Below, in pieces: positions 48,119 through 58,076 of a stretch of DNA of 64,000 nt. Made by a program: the position numbers and the translations under genes. The notes under the pieces are model-generated. The model worked only from the letters and a program-made list of their open reading frames with translations, made no database searches and was not told where the DNA came from. The stretch is from Pseudomonadota bacterium (GTDB lineage: Bacteria; Bdellovibrionota; Bdellovibrionia; Bdellovibrionales; Bdellovibrionaceae): assembly GCA_041178425.1 (NCBI GenBank), contig JBEGVH010000010.1, positions 64,001 through 128,000 of the forward strand. The letters are read 5' to 3'. Numbering within the stretch: the stretch's first letter is position 1; each line of letters opens with the position of its first letter.

Positions 48119-49093
48119 TTGATGGTATCATCAATGAAGTCACCACCGTGGTCATTCGTAGGACTAAGCACTGAACAGGGACAAGCCCGACCAGGGCTGA
48201 TTGATTCTCCCTTTATTGCTCTTAAGTTTCTCGATGAGCGTTTTAAGTTCAATCAAAAAATTAATATTGAAGATCGCAAGGTGAAAACGAGGATCCCTGA
48301 CGACGGCACTTTAGGCTTTATCAACTGGAGTTTTTATCATGATGCCCATCGGGCCATAAGGGATTTGCTCTTGCGGGGCAACCGAGTGGTTAACTGGGGA
48401 GGTGATCACAGCGTTGGAATGGCGACTGTTTCCGCCTTTTCTAATATTTATACCGATGGCTATATTCTCTGGATTGATGCCCATGCCGACTTAAATACAG
48501 CCGAATCGAGTCTAACCGGTAACTTTCACGGCATGCCGCTATCGATCCTGCTCGGTGTTGGCAATATTCCAAGCGATGAGGTTCGGCCCTACTGGAGCAT
48601 ACTTGATCCAAAGAAACTTATCTATTTTGGCCTGCGCGATGTAGACCCCTTCGAACGAGAAGTAATTGATTCACTTGGAATCACTTCATACTTTAGTAGC
48701 GAAATTAATTTCTCCTCCCTCGATTTTATTCTAAGTGAAATTTTGGAACAAATTGGCACCAATCCTCTCCATATTAGTTTTGATATCGACTCTATCGACC
48801 CCGAATTTGCCCCTAGCACAGGGGTGCCTGCAAGAGATGGTCTAAGTGACCTTCTTATCAATACTCTCGCAAAACACCTAGGCCGACTGACTCAATTGAA
48901 ATCGGTTGATGTCGTTGAGATAAATCCACGCCTTGGATCATTTATAGAGGTCATTAAGACTTATTCTATTGCGTATCATTTCTTAGACCAAATTCTTGAA
49001 TCAAATAAGGAGGGTTATTATGATTCAATACATTGCACAACTAAAAACAAATTACTCGTTTCGCCGTCGTGGAATACACCGTTTTGGCCCTAA
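48119..49093 (+). CDS. rocF: Arginase (ureohydrolase family)
   Basis: GGDHS, DAHADLN, SLTGNFHGMP, GLRDVD, SFDIDSIDP..APSTG, VEINP. Confidence 0.85.
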   Translation: MMVSSMKSPPWSFVGLSTEQGQARPGLIDSPFIALKFLDERFKFNQKINIEDRKVKTRIPDDGTLGFINWSFYHDAHRAIRDLLLRGNRVVNWGGDHSVGMATVSAFSNIYTDGYILWIDAHADLNTAESSLTGNFHGMPLSILLGVGNIPSDEVRPYWSILDPKKLIYFGLRDVDPFEREVIDSLGITSYFSSEINFSSLDFILSEILEQIGTNPLHISFDIDSIDPEFAPSTGVPARDGLSDLLINTLAKHLGRLTQLKSVDVVEINPRLGSFIEVIKTYSIAYHFLDQILESNKEGYYDSIHCTTKNKLLVSPSWNTPFWP

Positions 49094-49880
49094 ATTTTCA
49101 TTAAAATTTGAAGCGGGCCCCTACTTGGTCAAGACCGCTGAAACGAAGGCCGAACTCCTTCAGTGTTTGCGGTTACGCAATGAAGTTTTTAACCGCGAGT
49201 TTCGATCAGTGACTCACCTTGAGTATGATTTCGACGCTTTTGATTCGCATTGCGACCATATTATTATTCTTCATCAGCCGACACAAAAAGTGGTAGGAAC
49301 CTACCGCCTCAACTCAACGCTGTTTTCAAAGAAATTTTACACATTCACTGAATTTGAGATTAAACACTTTCGATCACTATCGGGCCCGGTTCTCGAGCTA
49401 GGAAGAGCTTGCATTCAAAAAGACCATCGAAGAGGAATCGTTATAAGCCTTCTATGGCGAGGGATTGCCGAATATATGAAGATCTCTAACTCAAAAACAC
49501 TGATTGGCTGTTCGAGTATTAAAATTTCAAATAGTCGAGAAGCCGCCCTCGTATATCAGTATTTATCTCATAAAGGTCATCTCGATTTTCGATACTGCGC
49601 TAAACCTAGAGCTAAATATGAAATGGATAGTTTTGCAGTTTGGTATGAGTACATGAAAGAGCATTACAGTGAGCGCCTCGAACAGGAAGCCGAAAGCTTA
49701 CTACCACCTCTTTTAAAATCATACCTCAAGTTTGGATCTAAAATAATAGCAGAGCCAGCTTTTGATGAAGATTTCGATTGCATCGATCTACTGACGGTTC
49801 TCGATAAGGATAACCTCCTTAAGACCTCCGGCAAAAAATTTGTCGGCAATGAGCAGCGCGGCCCCTACGTAGAAGGTTGA
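49020..49880 (+). CDS. GNAT N-acyltransferase, OlsB-like (ornithine N-acyltransferase)
   Basis: AAGGAGG RBS before ATG 49020. LRLRNEVF, DAFDSHCDH, VGTYRL, FYTFTEF, ELGRACI..DHR, LWRGIA, LPPLLKSYLKFG, PAFDEDF. Confidence 0.85.
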   Translation: MIQYIAQLKTNYSFRRRGIHRFGPKFSLKFEAGPYLVKTAETKAELLQCLRLRNEVFNREFRSVTHLEYDFDAFDSHCDHIIILHQPTQKVVGTYRLNSTLFSKKFYTFTEFEIKHFRSLSGPVLELGRACIQKDHRRGIVISLLWRGIAEYMKISNSKTLIGCSSIKISNSREAALVYQYLSHKGHLDFRYCAKPRAKYEMDSFAVWYEYMKEHYSERLEQEAESLLPPLLKSYLKFGSKIIAEPAFDEDFDCIDLLTVLDKDNLLKTSGKKFVGNEQRGPYVEG

Positions 49881-49934
49881 CTTGAATCGTTAGTCGGCAT
49901 TTATTTGTGGCTCTCCAAAAAAAAGGGGGCCACT

Positions 49935-50435
49935 ATGTTAGATTTAAAAACATTTGTTCGTGAAATTCCTGATTTCCCTAAACCCGGAATTCTTTTTCGC
50001 GATATTTCTCCCCTGTTGGCAGATCCCTTGAGGCTTGAGTTTATTGCCCATCGCCTTGTTGCAGACATTGATTTACAGAGCATCGATTGTTTTGCAGGTA
50101 TCGAGAGCCGAGGCTTTATTCTTGCCATGCTCTTGGCGGCCCATTTTAAAAAAGGTTTCATCCCCATTCGCAAGGCCGGAAAGCTTCCCCCTCCAGTAGT
50201 CGCCGAAAGCTACGCGCTAGAATATGGAGAAGCCACTTTAGAAATGCAGCACGGTCAGCAACGAATTGTAATCGTCGATGATGTCTTGGCGACAGGTGGC
50301 ACATTGCAGGCCGCAATTAGCGTATCTCAACGTGCCGGGTACGAAGTGATCGATGTTCTTACTTTGATAAACCTTAAAGATCTAAATAAAATGACTTTTA
50401 AGGGTTCACCTGTGAAGCATCTACTGACTTATTAA
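49935..50435 (+). CDS. apt: Adenine phosphoribosyltransferase
   Basis: PDFPKPGILFRDI, GIESRGF, RKAGKLP, YALEYG, VDDVLATGGT. Confidence 0.96.
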   Translation: MLDLKTFVREIPDFPKPGILFRDISPLLADPLRLEFIAHRLVADIDLQSIDCFAGIESRGFILAMLLAAHFKKGFIPIRKAGKLPPPVVAESYALEYGEATLEMQHGQQRIVIVDDVLATGGTLQAAISVSQRAGYEVIDVLTLINLKDLNKMTFKGSPVKHLLTY

Positions 50436-51939
50436 AATTGCGGCAAGCGGCATCATATTCTTCCCACCAATGCTTGAGTCGATCCATATTTGTGATGCGA
50501 GGTTCATCTCCGGCTCCTGCCAGGTGGAGGTATTCATGCAGTAACGGCCTAAAATAAGGATGAGCACACTTATCGATCATTTCAACGGCTCGTTTCGCTG
50601 GAGATTTGATCTCAGTATTTAAAACAAGCCCCTGCTCGGTAACTACACATTTAATATCGTGTTCGGTATGATCAATGTGGCGAACATAGGGCATCACACA
50701 ACTTACCACACGACCGTCTTTCATGGCCCGTATCGAAGGTGTGTGAACCATACTAATATAGGCATTACGAAGAAAGTCTCCACTCCCGCCAAGGCCATTA
50801 ATAATTTTCGATCCATCGACATGAGTCGAATTGGCGTGCCCATAAATGTCGACTTCCACGGGCGTGTTCATCGCAATTACAAATAATCGCGATATAATTT
50901 CTGGTGAATTGGAAATCCATGTTGGGCGCAGAATCACTTTATCCCGGCATTTATCAAAAAGTTGATAAAACTTTTCCCAGGATTCTTTTGAAAAAGAGAC
51001 GGCGGTGCTCGATGCCACTTCAAATTTATCATCATTTTCTACATAACGAAGCATTCCGTCTTGAAAGACCTCCGTCCAAAAACGAATTCGCTGAAAAGGA
51101 GAGTCATAGAGCTGGCCAACAATGGCATTCGCAATATTACCTACCCCTGATTGTATTGGCGGAATCTTGGGCCCCCAATTATATTTTTTTTGGCAATCAA
51201 CAAGAAATCCCACAACATTCTCAGCAATTTTCTTATCAATTTCGGAGGTTTCTTTAAAACCAACTCCGTAATCTGGGATTCTAGATTCAACAACGGCAAC
51301 CACTTTGTTGAGATCAATTGGAACGTGAAAAGAACCCACTCGATCACCTACATTGGTGATCGGCACTGGCCAGCCAACCCTAGGGTAAACTCGCGGCTGA
51401 GTCATGTCATGAAAACCAGTGTAATCGGGACTCGCCGTATTGATCTCTAAAATGATTTTTTTTGCTTTTACAAGGGCTTCTCCTGAGACACCCACAGAAG
51501 AGGTGAGAACCACTCCGCCGTTGGCAGTGATTCGCGAGGCCTCGACCACGGCCACATCAATGTCGCCATAAAAACCGTACATGAGGTTGCGAGCGAACTG
51601 CGATAAATGAATGTCATTAAACTCCATCGTGTGGTTGAGAATTCGCTTTCTTGCTTCGGGTGAAGACATATAGGGTGCACGCTTACTCACAAAAGGGGCT
51701 ATTTGATTTTCAACATCTTCGGAGAGAGAAGCCCCACTCAATAAGGTGATTCGGTAGTCGGGATGATTTTCCGCGAAGTATTTACCGAGAGCAGGAATGA
51801 ATACCTTAGGCTCGCCAGATTTTGTAAATCCACTGATAGCCATTGTTGCACCATTGGGTATTAATTTGACAGCCTCCTCGACTGGCATGAGTTTTCTGAG
51901 TAATTCTTTACATTCAACACGTTCACTGATCGTCGCCAT
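50398..51939 (-). CDS. Acetyl-CoA hydrolase / succinyl-CoA:acetate CoA-transferase
   Basis: SGFT, QSGVGNIANA, TEVFQD, EVDIYGHANSTHV, NGLGGSGDF, HIDHTEHD, VTEQG. Confidence 0.9.
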   Translation of the reverse strand: MATISERVECKELLRKLMPVEEAVKLIPNGATMAISGFTKSGEPKVFIPALGKYFAENHPDYRITLLSGASLSEDVENQIAPFVSKRAPYMSSPEARKRILNHTMEFNDIHLSQFARNLMYGFYGDIDVAVVEASRITANGGVVLTSSVGVSGEALVKAKKIILEINTASPDYTGFHDMTQPRVYPRVGWPVPITNVGDRVGSFHVPIDLNKVVAVVESRIPDYGVGFKETSEIDKKIAENVVGFLVDCQKKYNWGPKIPPIQSGVGNIANAIVGQLYDSPFQRIRFWTEVFQDGMLRYVENDDKFEVASSTAVSFSKESWEKFYQLFDKCRDKVILRPTWISNSPEIISRLFVIAMNTPVEVDIYGHANSTHVDGSKIINGLGGSGDFLRNAYISMVHTPSIRAMKDGRVVSCVMPYVRHIDHTEHDIKCVVTEQGLVLNTEIKSPAKRAVEMIDKCAHPYFRPLLHEYLHLAGAGDEPRITNMDRLKHWWEEYDAACRNFNKSVDASQVNP

Positions 51940-52157
51940 GACTTGCACTCCAGGGTGATTCAAAAGGGAGTCTCTGTCATACTCCTCTCGATTAAAAACC
52001 ACCCTCTCAAAATAAAAATGGGATGTTTTTTCTTGTCCTCTCCAAGAGGGCTAGCAAAGAAAAAGATAACTCCGCCATCAAGCCCAGTCATTTCAGACAC
52101 TTAGTGGCGTTTTTGAATTTGCCAAAAGTCGGCCAATCGTGGTAATTCTAGCCTTCT

Positions 52158-55100
52158 ATGACAACACAAAAAAATCAAAACCAATCGCCCTATTCTTCCG
52201 TAAAACCAGATGTGAATTTAGCTAAGCAAGAGGAATCGATTCTAGATTTCTGGGATCAAGAGAAAATCTTTGCGCAAACAATGGACCCAAACAAAAAGAC
52301 TTATAGTTTTTACGATGGCCCTCCCTTTGCGACAGGACTTCCTCACTATGGTCACTTGCTTGCGGGGGTTTTGAAAGACGTTGTGCCACGATACTGGTCT
52401 ATGAAGGGCTATAACGTTCCAAGACGTTTTGGTTGGGATTGTCATGGCCTCCCCGTCGAGTATGAAATTAACAAGGCTCACAAAATTGAAAGTCGCAAAG
52501 ACGTTCTTAAAATGGGCGTGGCTCAATACAATGGCCTTTGCCGTTCCATCGTAAAAAGATATTCTGAAGAATGGAAAACAACGGTTCGTCGCGTGGGTCG
52601 CTGGGTAGATATGGAAAACCCCTACTTCACTATGGACGTGAGCTTCATGCAAAGTGTTTGGTGGGTGTTTCAAGAAATGTACAAAAAAGGCCTCATCTAT
52701 GAGGGCTATAAAGTTGTTCCTTACTCAGTTGGCATTTCGACACCGCTTTCCAATTTTGAAGCCAACTTAAATTATAAAATGGTTCAAGACCCTGCGATCA
52801 CAATCCTCTTTGAACTAAACAATAAGCCTAACACTTATATGATGGCCTGGACGACAACTCCTTGGACCCTTCCTTCGAATCTAGGCTTGGCAGTTGGCGA
52901 AGAAATTGATTACGTCACCGTTAAAGAAAAAGCGACTGGTCGACAACTAATTCTTGCGCAAGCACTTCTTGGCTCAAGTTTTAAAAATGCAGAGGCCGAA
53001 GTTGAAATCATCGAAACCGTTAAAGGGAAGCAACTCCTTGGCTTAACTTACAAACCTCTTTTTGATTTCTTCAAAGATAAAGCGACGGAGGGCGCTTTCC
53101 GAGTGATTTCTTCTGATCACGTGACCACCGAAAGCGGTACTGGTGTGGTTCATATGGCACCGGCTTTCGGGGAGGAAGATTACTACGCGTGTTTAAAAGC
53201 TAATATTCCTTTGGTGAACCCAGTTGATGACGATGGGATGTTCACGGCGGAGGTTCCTCCCTATCAAGGAAAGCGAGTTAAAGAAGCCGATAAAGACATT
53301 ATCGCCGATATCAAGAAAAACGGCCTCCTCTTCAAACATGAAACTCTTCAGCATAGTTACCCTTATTGCTATCGATCAGACACTCCGCTCATTTACAAAG
53401 CGGTCTCCAGTTGGTTTGTAGCCGTTGAGAAAATTAAAGATAATCTCGTTAAAAATAATCAAACGACAGCTTGGGTTCCCGATCATTTACGCGATGGCCG
53501 GTTTGGCAATTGGCTTGAGAATGCTCGTGATTGGGCCGTTTCGAGAAATCGCTTCTGGGGAACTCCGATTCCTATTTGGCGAAATGCCGAAGGTGAGATG
53601 ATCTGCATTGGTTCAAAGGCCGAGCTTGAAAAGCTCTCTGGCAAAACAATCAACGATTTACATATCGACGTGGTTGACCAAATTACCATTCCCTCACCTA
53701 CTGGTAAGTCACCATTAAAGCGCATTGAAGGCGTTTTTGATTGCTGGTTTGAATCAGGCTCCATGCCCTATGCACAATGGGGATATCCAGAAGCCAATCA
53801 AGAAGACTTCAAAAAGGCATTCCCTGCTGAATTTATTGCTGAAGGACTCGATCAAACCCGAGGCTGGTTCTATACGCTAATGGTTATTGGAACCGCCTTA
53901 TTCGACAAAGCTCCATTTAAAAACGTCATCGTCAACGGGCTTGTGCTCGCCGAAGACGGCCGCAAGATGTCTAAGAGTTTACGAAACTATCCAGACCCGA
54001 TGGATGTTCTCAATAAACACGGCGCCGATGCCCTTCGACTTTATCTGATTGATTCTCCCGTAGTGAAAGCACAAGAGCTTCGTTTCTCTGAAAAAGGAGT
54101 TTTCGATGTTGTTCGTAAAATCCTTTTACGATGGTGGAACTCTTACTCCTTCTTTACGAACTACGCTAATATCGATGGCTTCATCCCCAAAGGCGACGCT
54201 CAGAACTCACCCAATATTCTCGACCAATGGGTGCTCTCTCGGTTGCATGGCCTCATTGCCAACACCCAAAAAGAAATGGATGCTTACCGCCTCTACAATG
54301 TAGTGCCGCAGCTCTTGCAGTTTATCGAAGACCTCACCAACACCTATATTCGCTTCAATCGAAGTGTTTTCTGGGAAGAGGGGATGCCGGAGTCTAAGCG
54401 TTTCGCCTACGAGACTCTTCACATGGTTTTGGTGACTCTCGCTAAATTGATGGCTCCGTTTGCTCCATTTATGAGTGAAGTAACATACAAGAACCTCAGC
54501 CAGGTCATGGCCAATAAAAAAACATCGGTGCATCTTGAAAACTACCCTGAGGCCGATTTAAAGATGTTACGCCCAGAATTAGAAGAAGCTGTGAAAGCCA
54601 TGGATGCACTCGTGGCACTTGGTCGTAATCACCGCGAAAAAATTCAGGTGAAAGCGAAAATTCCTCTCAAAAAGATTCGAATCATTCATCGCAGCGCCAG
54701 CGTGCTCGAAACTTTGAAACGGTTTGAGCCCTTCTTTGTTGATGAACTCAATTTTAGAGAAGTCGTATACGATGCCAACGAAGATCACTACGTGCAAATC
54801 TCGGCGAAAGCGAACTTTCCGGTCTTAGGTAAACGGCTTGGATCTAAAATGAAATCGGTTGGTGCAGCCATCCAAAAGCTCACCCTCGAAGAAATTATTC
54901 GCCTCGAAAAGGGTGAAACTCTCAAAATCGAGGGCGAAGACATCACTCTCGCTGAAGTTGAAATTCGTCGCTCCGCCAAGGGAGATAATCCTAATTTAAC
55001 AACTCACCAAATTGTGTCGATCGAAGTCGATCCAACGGTCACTCCAGAGCAAGAGCGTGAAGGTTTGGCTCGTGAGGTAATGAGAAAAGTGCAAGCAGCT

Positions 55101-55331
55101 CGCAAATCGGCTGATTTTCGGTTGGATGACAAAATCACTCTAGAGATTGCGTGTTCGTCTGTACTTGCAGAAGCGATCAATGAACATAAGAACACATTGG
55201 TTTCAGAGACCCTGGCAAAATCATTTAGTTTACTCGCTGCCACTGAAGTTCCGAAAGGGTTTCATGTTGAGGAACTCGATATTGACGGAGAAGTTCTCAA
55301 AATTGGTGTGACGGCAGTACCGCGAGCATAG
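52158..55331 (+). CDS. ileS: Isoleucine-tRNA ligase, type 2 (IleRS2)
   Basis: DGPPFATGLPHYGH, GWDCHGLP, WTTTPWTLP, EGLDQTRGWF, KMSKS. C-terminal EGLAREV...RK type-2 domain with no zinc finger. Confidence 0.96.
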   Translation: MTTQKNQNQSPYSSVKPDVNLAKQEESILDFWDQEKIFAQTMDPNKKTYSFYDGPPFATGLPHYGHLLAGVLKDVVPRYWSMKGYNVPRRFGWDCHGLPVEYEINKAHKIESRKDVLKMGVAQYNGLCRSIVKRYSEEWKTTVRRVGRWVDMENPYFTMDVSFMQSVWWVFQEMYKKGLIYEGYKVVPYSVGISTPLSNFEANLNYKMVQDPAITILFELNNKPNTYMMAWTTTPWTLPSNLGLAVGEEIDYVTVKEKATGRQLILAQALLGSSFKNAEAEVEIIETVKGKQLLGLTYKPLFDFFKDKATEGAFRVISSDHVTTESGTGVVHMAPAFGEEDYYACLKANIPLVNPVDDDGMFTAEVPPYQGKRVKEADKDIIADIKKNGLLFKHETLQHSYPYCYRSDTPLIYKAVSSWFVAVEKIKDNLVKNNQTTAWVPDHLRDGRFGNWLENARDWAVSRNRFWGTPIPIWRNAEGEMICIGSKAELEKLSGKTINDLHIDVVDQITIPSPTGKSPLKRIEGVFDCWFESGSMPYAQWGYPEANQEDFKKAFPAEFIAEGLDQTRGWFYTLMVIGTALFDKAPFKNVIVNGLVLAEDGRKMSKSLRNYPDPMDVLNKHGADALRLYLIDSPVVKAQELRFSEKGVFDVVRKILLRWWNSYSFFTNYANIDGFIPKGDAQNSPNILDQWVLSRLHGLIANTQKEMDAYRLYNVVPQLLQFIEDLTNTYIRFNRSVFWEEGMPESKRFAYETLHMVLVTLAKLMAPFAPFMSEVTYKNLSQVMANKKTSVHLENYPEADLKMLRPELEEAVKAMDALVALGRNHREKIQVKAKIPLKKIRIIHRSASVLETLKRFEPFFVDELNFREVVYDANEDHYVQISAKANFPVLGKRLGSKMKSVGAAIQKLTLEEIIRLEKGETLKIEGEDITLAEVEIRRSAKGDNPNLTTHQIVSIEVDPTVTPEQEREGLAREVMRKVQAARKSADFRLDDKITLEIACSSVLAEAINEHKNTLVSETLAKSFSLLAATEVPKGFHVEELDIDGEVLKIGVTAVPRA

Positions 55332-55343
55332 GTTTAAAAGCCC

Positions 55344-56141
55344 GTGATCGATTACTTCTCGACACTCATTAAAAATTCTCTCAGCGGGGGATCAAAGCAA
55401 TCGTTAACGTATTGCTTTGATCCTATTGGTTTTGTCGAGTCTCCTTTCAAAGATAAGTATGGAGTGCCCCGGCAACCTCAACTGGCTTCGTCAGCAAAGG
55501 GAAAAATTAAATTCCGAAATGATCCAGACTTGGTCACGGCGCTCAAAACCTTAGAGCAATTTTCTCACTTGTGGGTGATCTTTGTGTTTCATGATCACGG
55601 TGGTAAAAATTGGAAACCCAGCATTCGCCCCCCTCGCCTTGGCGGAAGAACCAAGGTGGGAGTACTCTCCTCTCGTTCTCCTCATCGCCCTAATCCGATT
55701 GGCATTTCTCCGGTTAAAATTGAGTCCCTCAATATTGAAGCCGATGGCGGAGCAGAGATTCTTATTTCGGGCTTAGACTTGATTGATGGAACCCCCGTTT
55801 TAGATATCAAACCTTATATTCCCTATGCAGATTCGATTCCCTCCGCCCACGCAGGATGGGCCGCCGATGATATTAAAAAATATCCAGTGAGTTTTTCAGA
55901 TGAAGCAAAATCTTTTCTACTATCACTCAACGAACAATACGACGAGTTTTTAAATTTAATGATTCAAGTTCTAGAAATTGATCCAAGACCGGCCTATCAA
56001 AAAAGGGGTGCTCCCATCGACCAATCAGGTTCCGAAGAGCAGACCTATGGGATAGAAATTTCCGGTTTCGAAGTTAAGTACTCGATCAAGGAGGGCGGAA
56101 TTTTAGTCACGAAAATCTACCGCCCCTCGGGCACTAAGTGA
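55344..56141 (+). CDS. trmO: tRNA m6t6A37 methyltransferase
   Basis: GVPRQ, RPPRLGG, RSPHRPNPIG, DLIDGTPVLDIKPY, DPRPAY. Confidence 0.92.
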   Translation: MIDYFSTLIKNSLSGGSKQSLTYCFDPIGFVESPFKDKYGVPRQPQLASSAKGKIKFRNDPDLVTALKTLEQFSHLWVIFVFHDHGGKNWKPSIRPPRLGGRTKVGVLSSRSPHRPNPIGISPVKIESLNIEADGGAEILISGLDLIDGTPVLDIKPYIPYADSIPSAHAGWAADDIKKYPVSFSDEAKSFLLSLNEQYDEFLNLMIQVLEIDPRPAYQKRGAPIDQSGSEEQTYGIEISGFEVKYSIKEGGILVTKIYRPSGTK

Positions 56142-57082
56142 CAAGCCACTGAATGCCCAGATCTAATCTCGCGTAGCACTGGGGTTTCAGCTCTGCAGCG
56201 ATCTATCACTTTTGGACATCGACCCGCAAATCGACAACCATTAACCAAGTTGACTGGTGTCGGAATCTCACCCTGTAGTGGTGGCTGGTTTCTTAACCGC
56301 TCTTTTTCAGGATCGGGCTCCGGATTTGAGCCAATTAAGAGCTGGGTGTAAGGATGCTGAGGATTAAAAAAGACTTCATCGCTTTCACCGAGTTCTACGA
56401 CTGATCCTAGGTACATCACCGCCATTCTATTGCTCACATATCGCACCATAGAAAGATCATGAGCAATAAAAAGAAGCGTTAAACCAAATTTGTTTTTTAA
56501 TTCCGCCAACAAATTAATGATTTGTGCCTGAATAGACACATCAAGAGCCGAAATTGGTTCATCGCAAACCACAAATTTTGGTTCCATCGCTAGGGCCCGT
56601 GCAATACCAATCCTTTGCCTTTGTCCTCCCGAAAATTCATGGGGATATCGGGAGCCATGCTCTGCCGACAAACCTACTCTCTCCAACCACATCTGCACCT
56701 TCGCTGAAATTTCCTCCGCTCTCCATAAGCCTACAAGCTTCGGCCCCTCAGCGATGATTTCACTTACTGTCATTCGAGGATTAAGCGATGAATAGGGATC
56801 TTGAAAAATCATTTGAATCTCGGATGAGAGTCTCGCGAAATCTTTAGGCGAGTATTGTTGTGGCAGTGCCTCACCTTTATAAAGAACTTTGCCCTCTGTT
56901 TTTTCGTAAAGCCCCGCCAGGGTACGACCAAGTGTTGATTTTCCACACCCAGACTCTCCCACCAATCCCACAATTTCATTAGGATAAATAGTCAAGGTGA
57001 CTCCATCTACCGCGTGGAGAGTTTTATTTTTACCGATTTTAAAATGCTTTTTTAGATTAACTATCTCGAGAAGTGGAATCAT
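56117..57082 (-). CDS. oppF: Oligopeptide ABC transporter ATPase
   Basis: [28 protein letters not shown]-terminal CRFAGRC...ACH. Confidence 0.9.
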   Translation of the reverse strand: MIPLLEIVNLKKHFKIGKNKTLHAVDGVTLTIYPNEIVGLVGESGCGKSTLGRTLAGLYEKTEGKVLYKGEALPQQYSPKDFARLSSEIQMIFQDPYSSLNPRMTVSEIIAEGPKLVGLWRAEEISAKVQMWLERVGLSAEHGSRYPHEFSGGQRQRIGIARALAMEPKFVVCDEPISALDVSIQAQIINLLAELKNKFGLTLLFIAHDLSMVRYVSNRMAVMYLGSVVELGESDEVFFNPQHPYTQLLIGSNPEPDPEKERLRNQPPLQGEIPTPVNLVNGCRFAGRCPKVIDRCRAETPVLREIRSGHSVACHLVPEGR

Positions 57083-58062
57083 CACACACCCCCCTTCGCT
57101 TGTGGATGGTGAAGCCAACATCTACCCATGTGCTGACCTTCTTGGTACTCTGGCGGCGAATGCATTTCGCATACTTTCATTGCCTGCTTGCAGCGAGCAT
57201 AAAAGCCACACCCCTTAGGAGGAGCAAAGAGATCTGGTGGCGCTCCTTCGATGGATGTGAGCTGAGCCCGAGTTCGCGAATGAGATGGCAATGCTTGCTT
57301 AAGGCCCAGGGTATAAGGATGGCGGCTCTGATAAAAAACTTCATCAACCGTACCTCTTTCAATCACCTGGCCGGCATACATAACCGCTACTTCGTCAGCC
57401 ATTCTGGCCACCACACCAAGATCATGCGTAATAATGACTAAACCCATTTTATTTTTCTTTTGTAGCTCCCTCAAAACGTTTAGAATTTGAGCCTGAATCG
57501 TAACATCCAAAGCCGTAGTAGGTTCATCGGCAATCAAGAGTTCTGGCTCGCAGGCAATCGCCATAGCAATCATTACCCTTTGGCGCATTCCTCCTGAAAA
57601 TTGAAAAGGATACTGTTTAATTCGATTTTTGGCGTCGGGAATCTGAACCTCTTCGAGAAGCTTTACAGCTTTTGAAAAAGCCTCAGACTCTGAAAGATTA
57701 TCGTGAATTAACAAAGTCTCCATGATTTGGTCGGCAACGGTCATTGTGGGATTTAACGATGTCATCGGATCTTGAAAAATCATTCCGATATGTTTGCCAC
57801 GAATCTTGTTAAGCTGGCTTACCGATGCGCCAATCATTTCTACACCATTGAACTTCGCCGAGCCGCCAACAATTTTCCCTGGAGGAGACGGTATTAGGCC
57901 TAAAATCGACTGAACAGTCACAGACTTACCACAACCCGACTCTCCAACAATGGCAAGAGTCTTCCCTTTTTCTACCTCTAAATTCACACCACGAACGGCT
58001 CTGACTTTTCCACCATAGGTAGAGAATTCAACTTGTAAATCTCGAATATTAAGTAACGACAT
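57082..58062 (-). CDS. oppD: Oligopeptide ABC transporter ATPase
   Basis: [36 protein letters not shown]. Confidence 0.92.
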   Translation of the reverse strand: MSLLNIRDLQVEFSTYGGKVRAVRGVNLEVEKGKTLAIVGESGCGKSVTVQSILGLIPSPPGKIVGGSAKFNGVEMIGASVSQLNKIRGKHIGMIFQDPMTSLNPTMTVADQIMETLLIHDNLSESEAFSKAVKLLEEVQIPDAKNRIKQYPFQFSGGMRQRVMIAMAIACEPELLIADEPTTALDVTIQAQILNVLRELQKKNKMGLVIITHDLGVVARMADEVAVMYAGQVIERGTVDEVFYQSRHPYTLGLKQALPSHSRTRAQLTSIEGAPPDLFAPPKGCGFYARCKQAMKVCEMHSPPEYQEGQHMGRCWLHHPQAKGGV

Positions 58063-58076
58063 AACCTTCTCCCTCG

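Noticed and set aside
52003..52157. T-box leader upstream of ileS
   Set aside because: The region is too short and lacks the T-box consensus and terminator.
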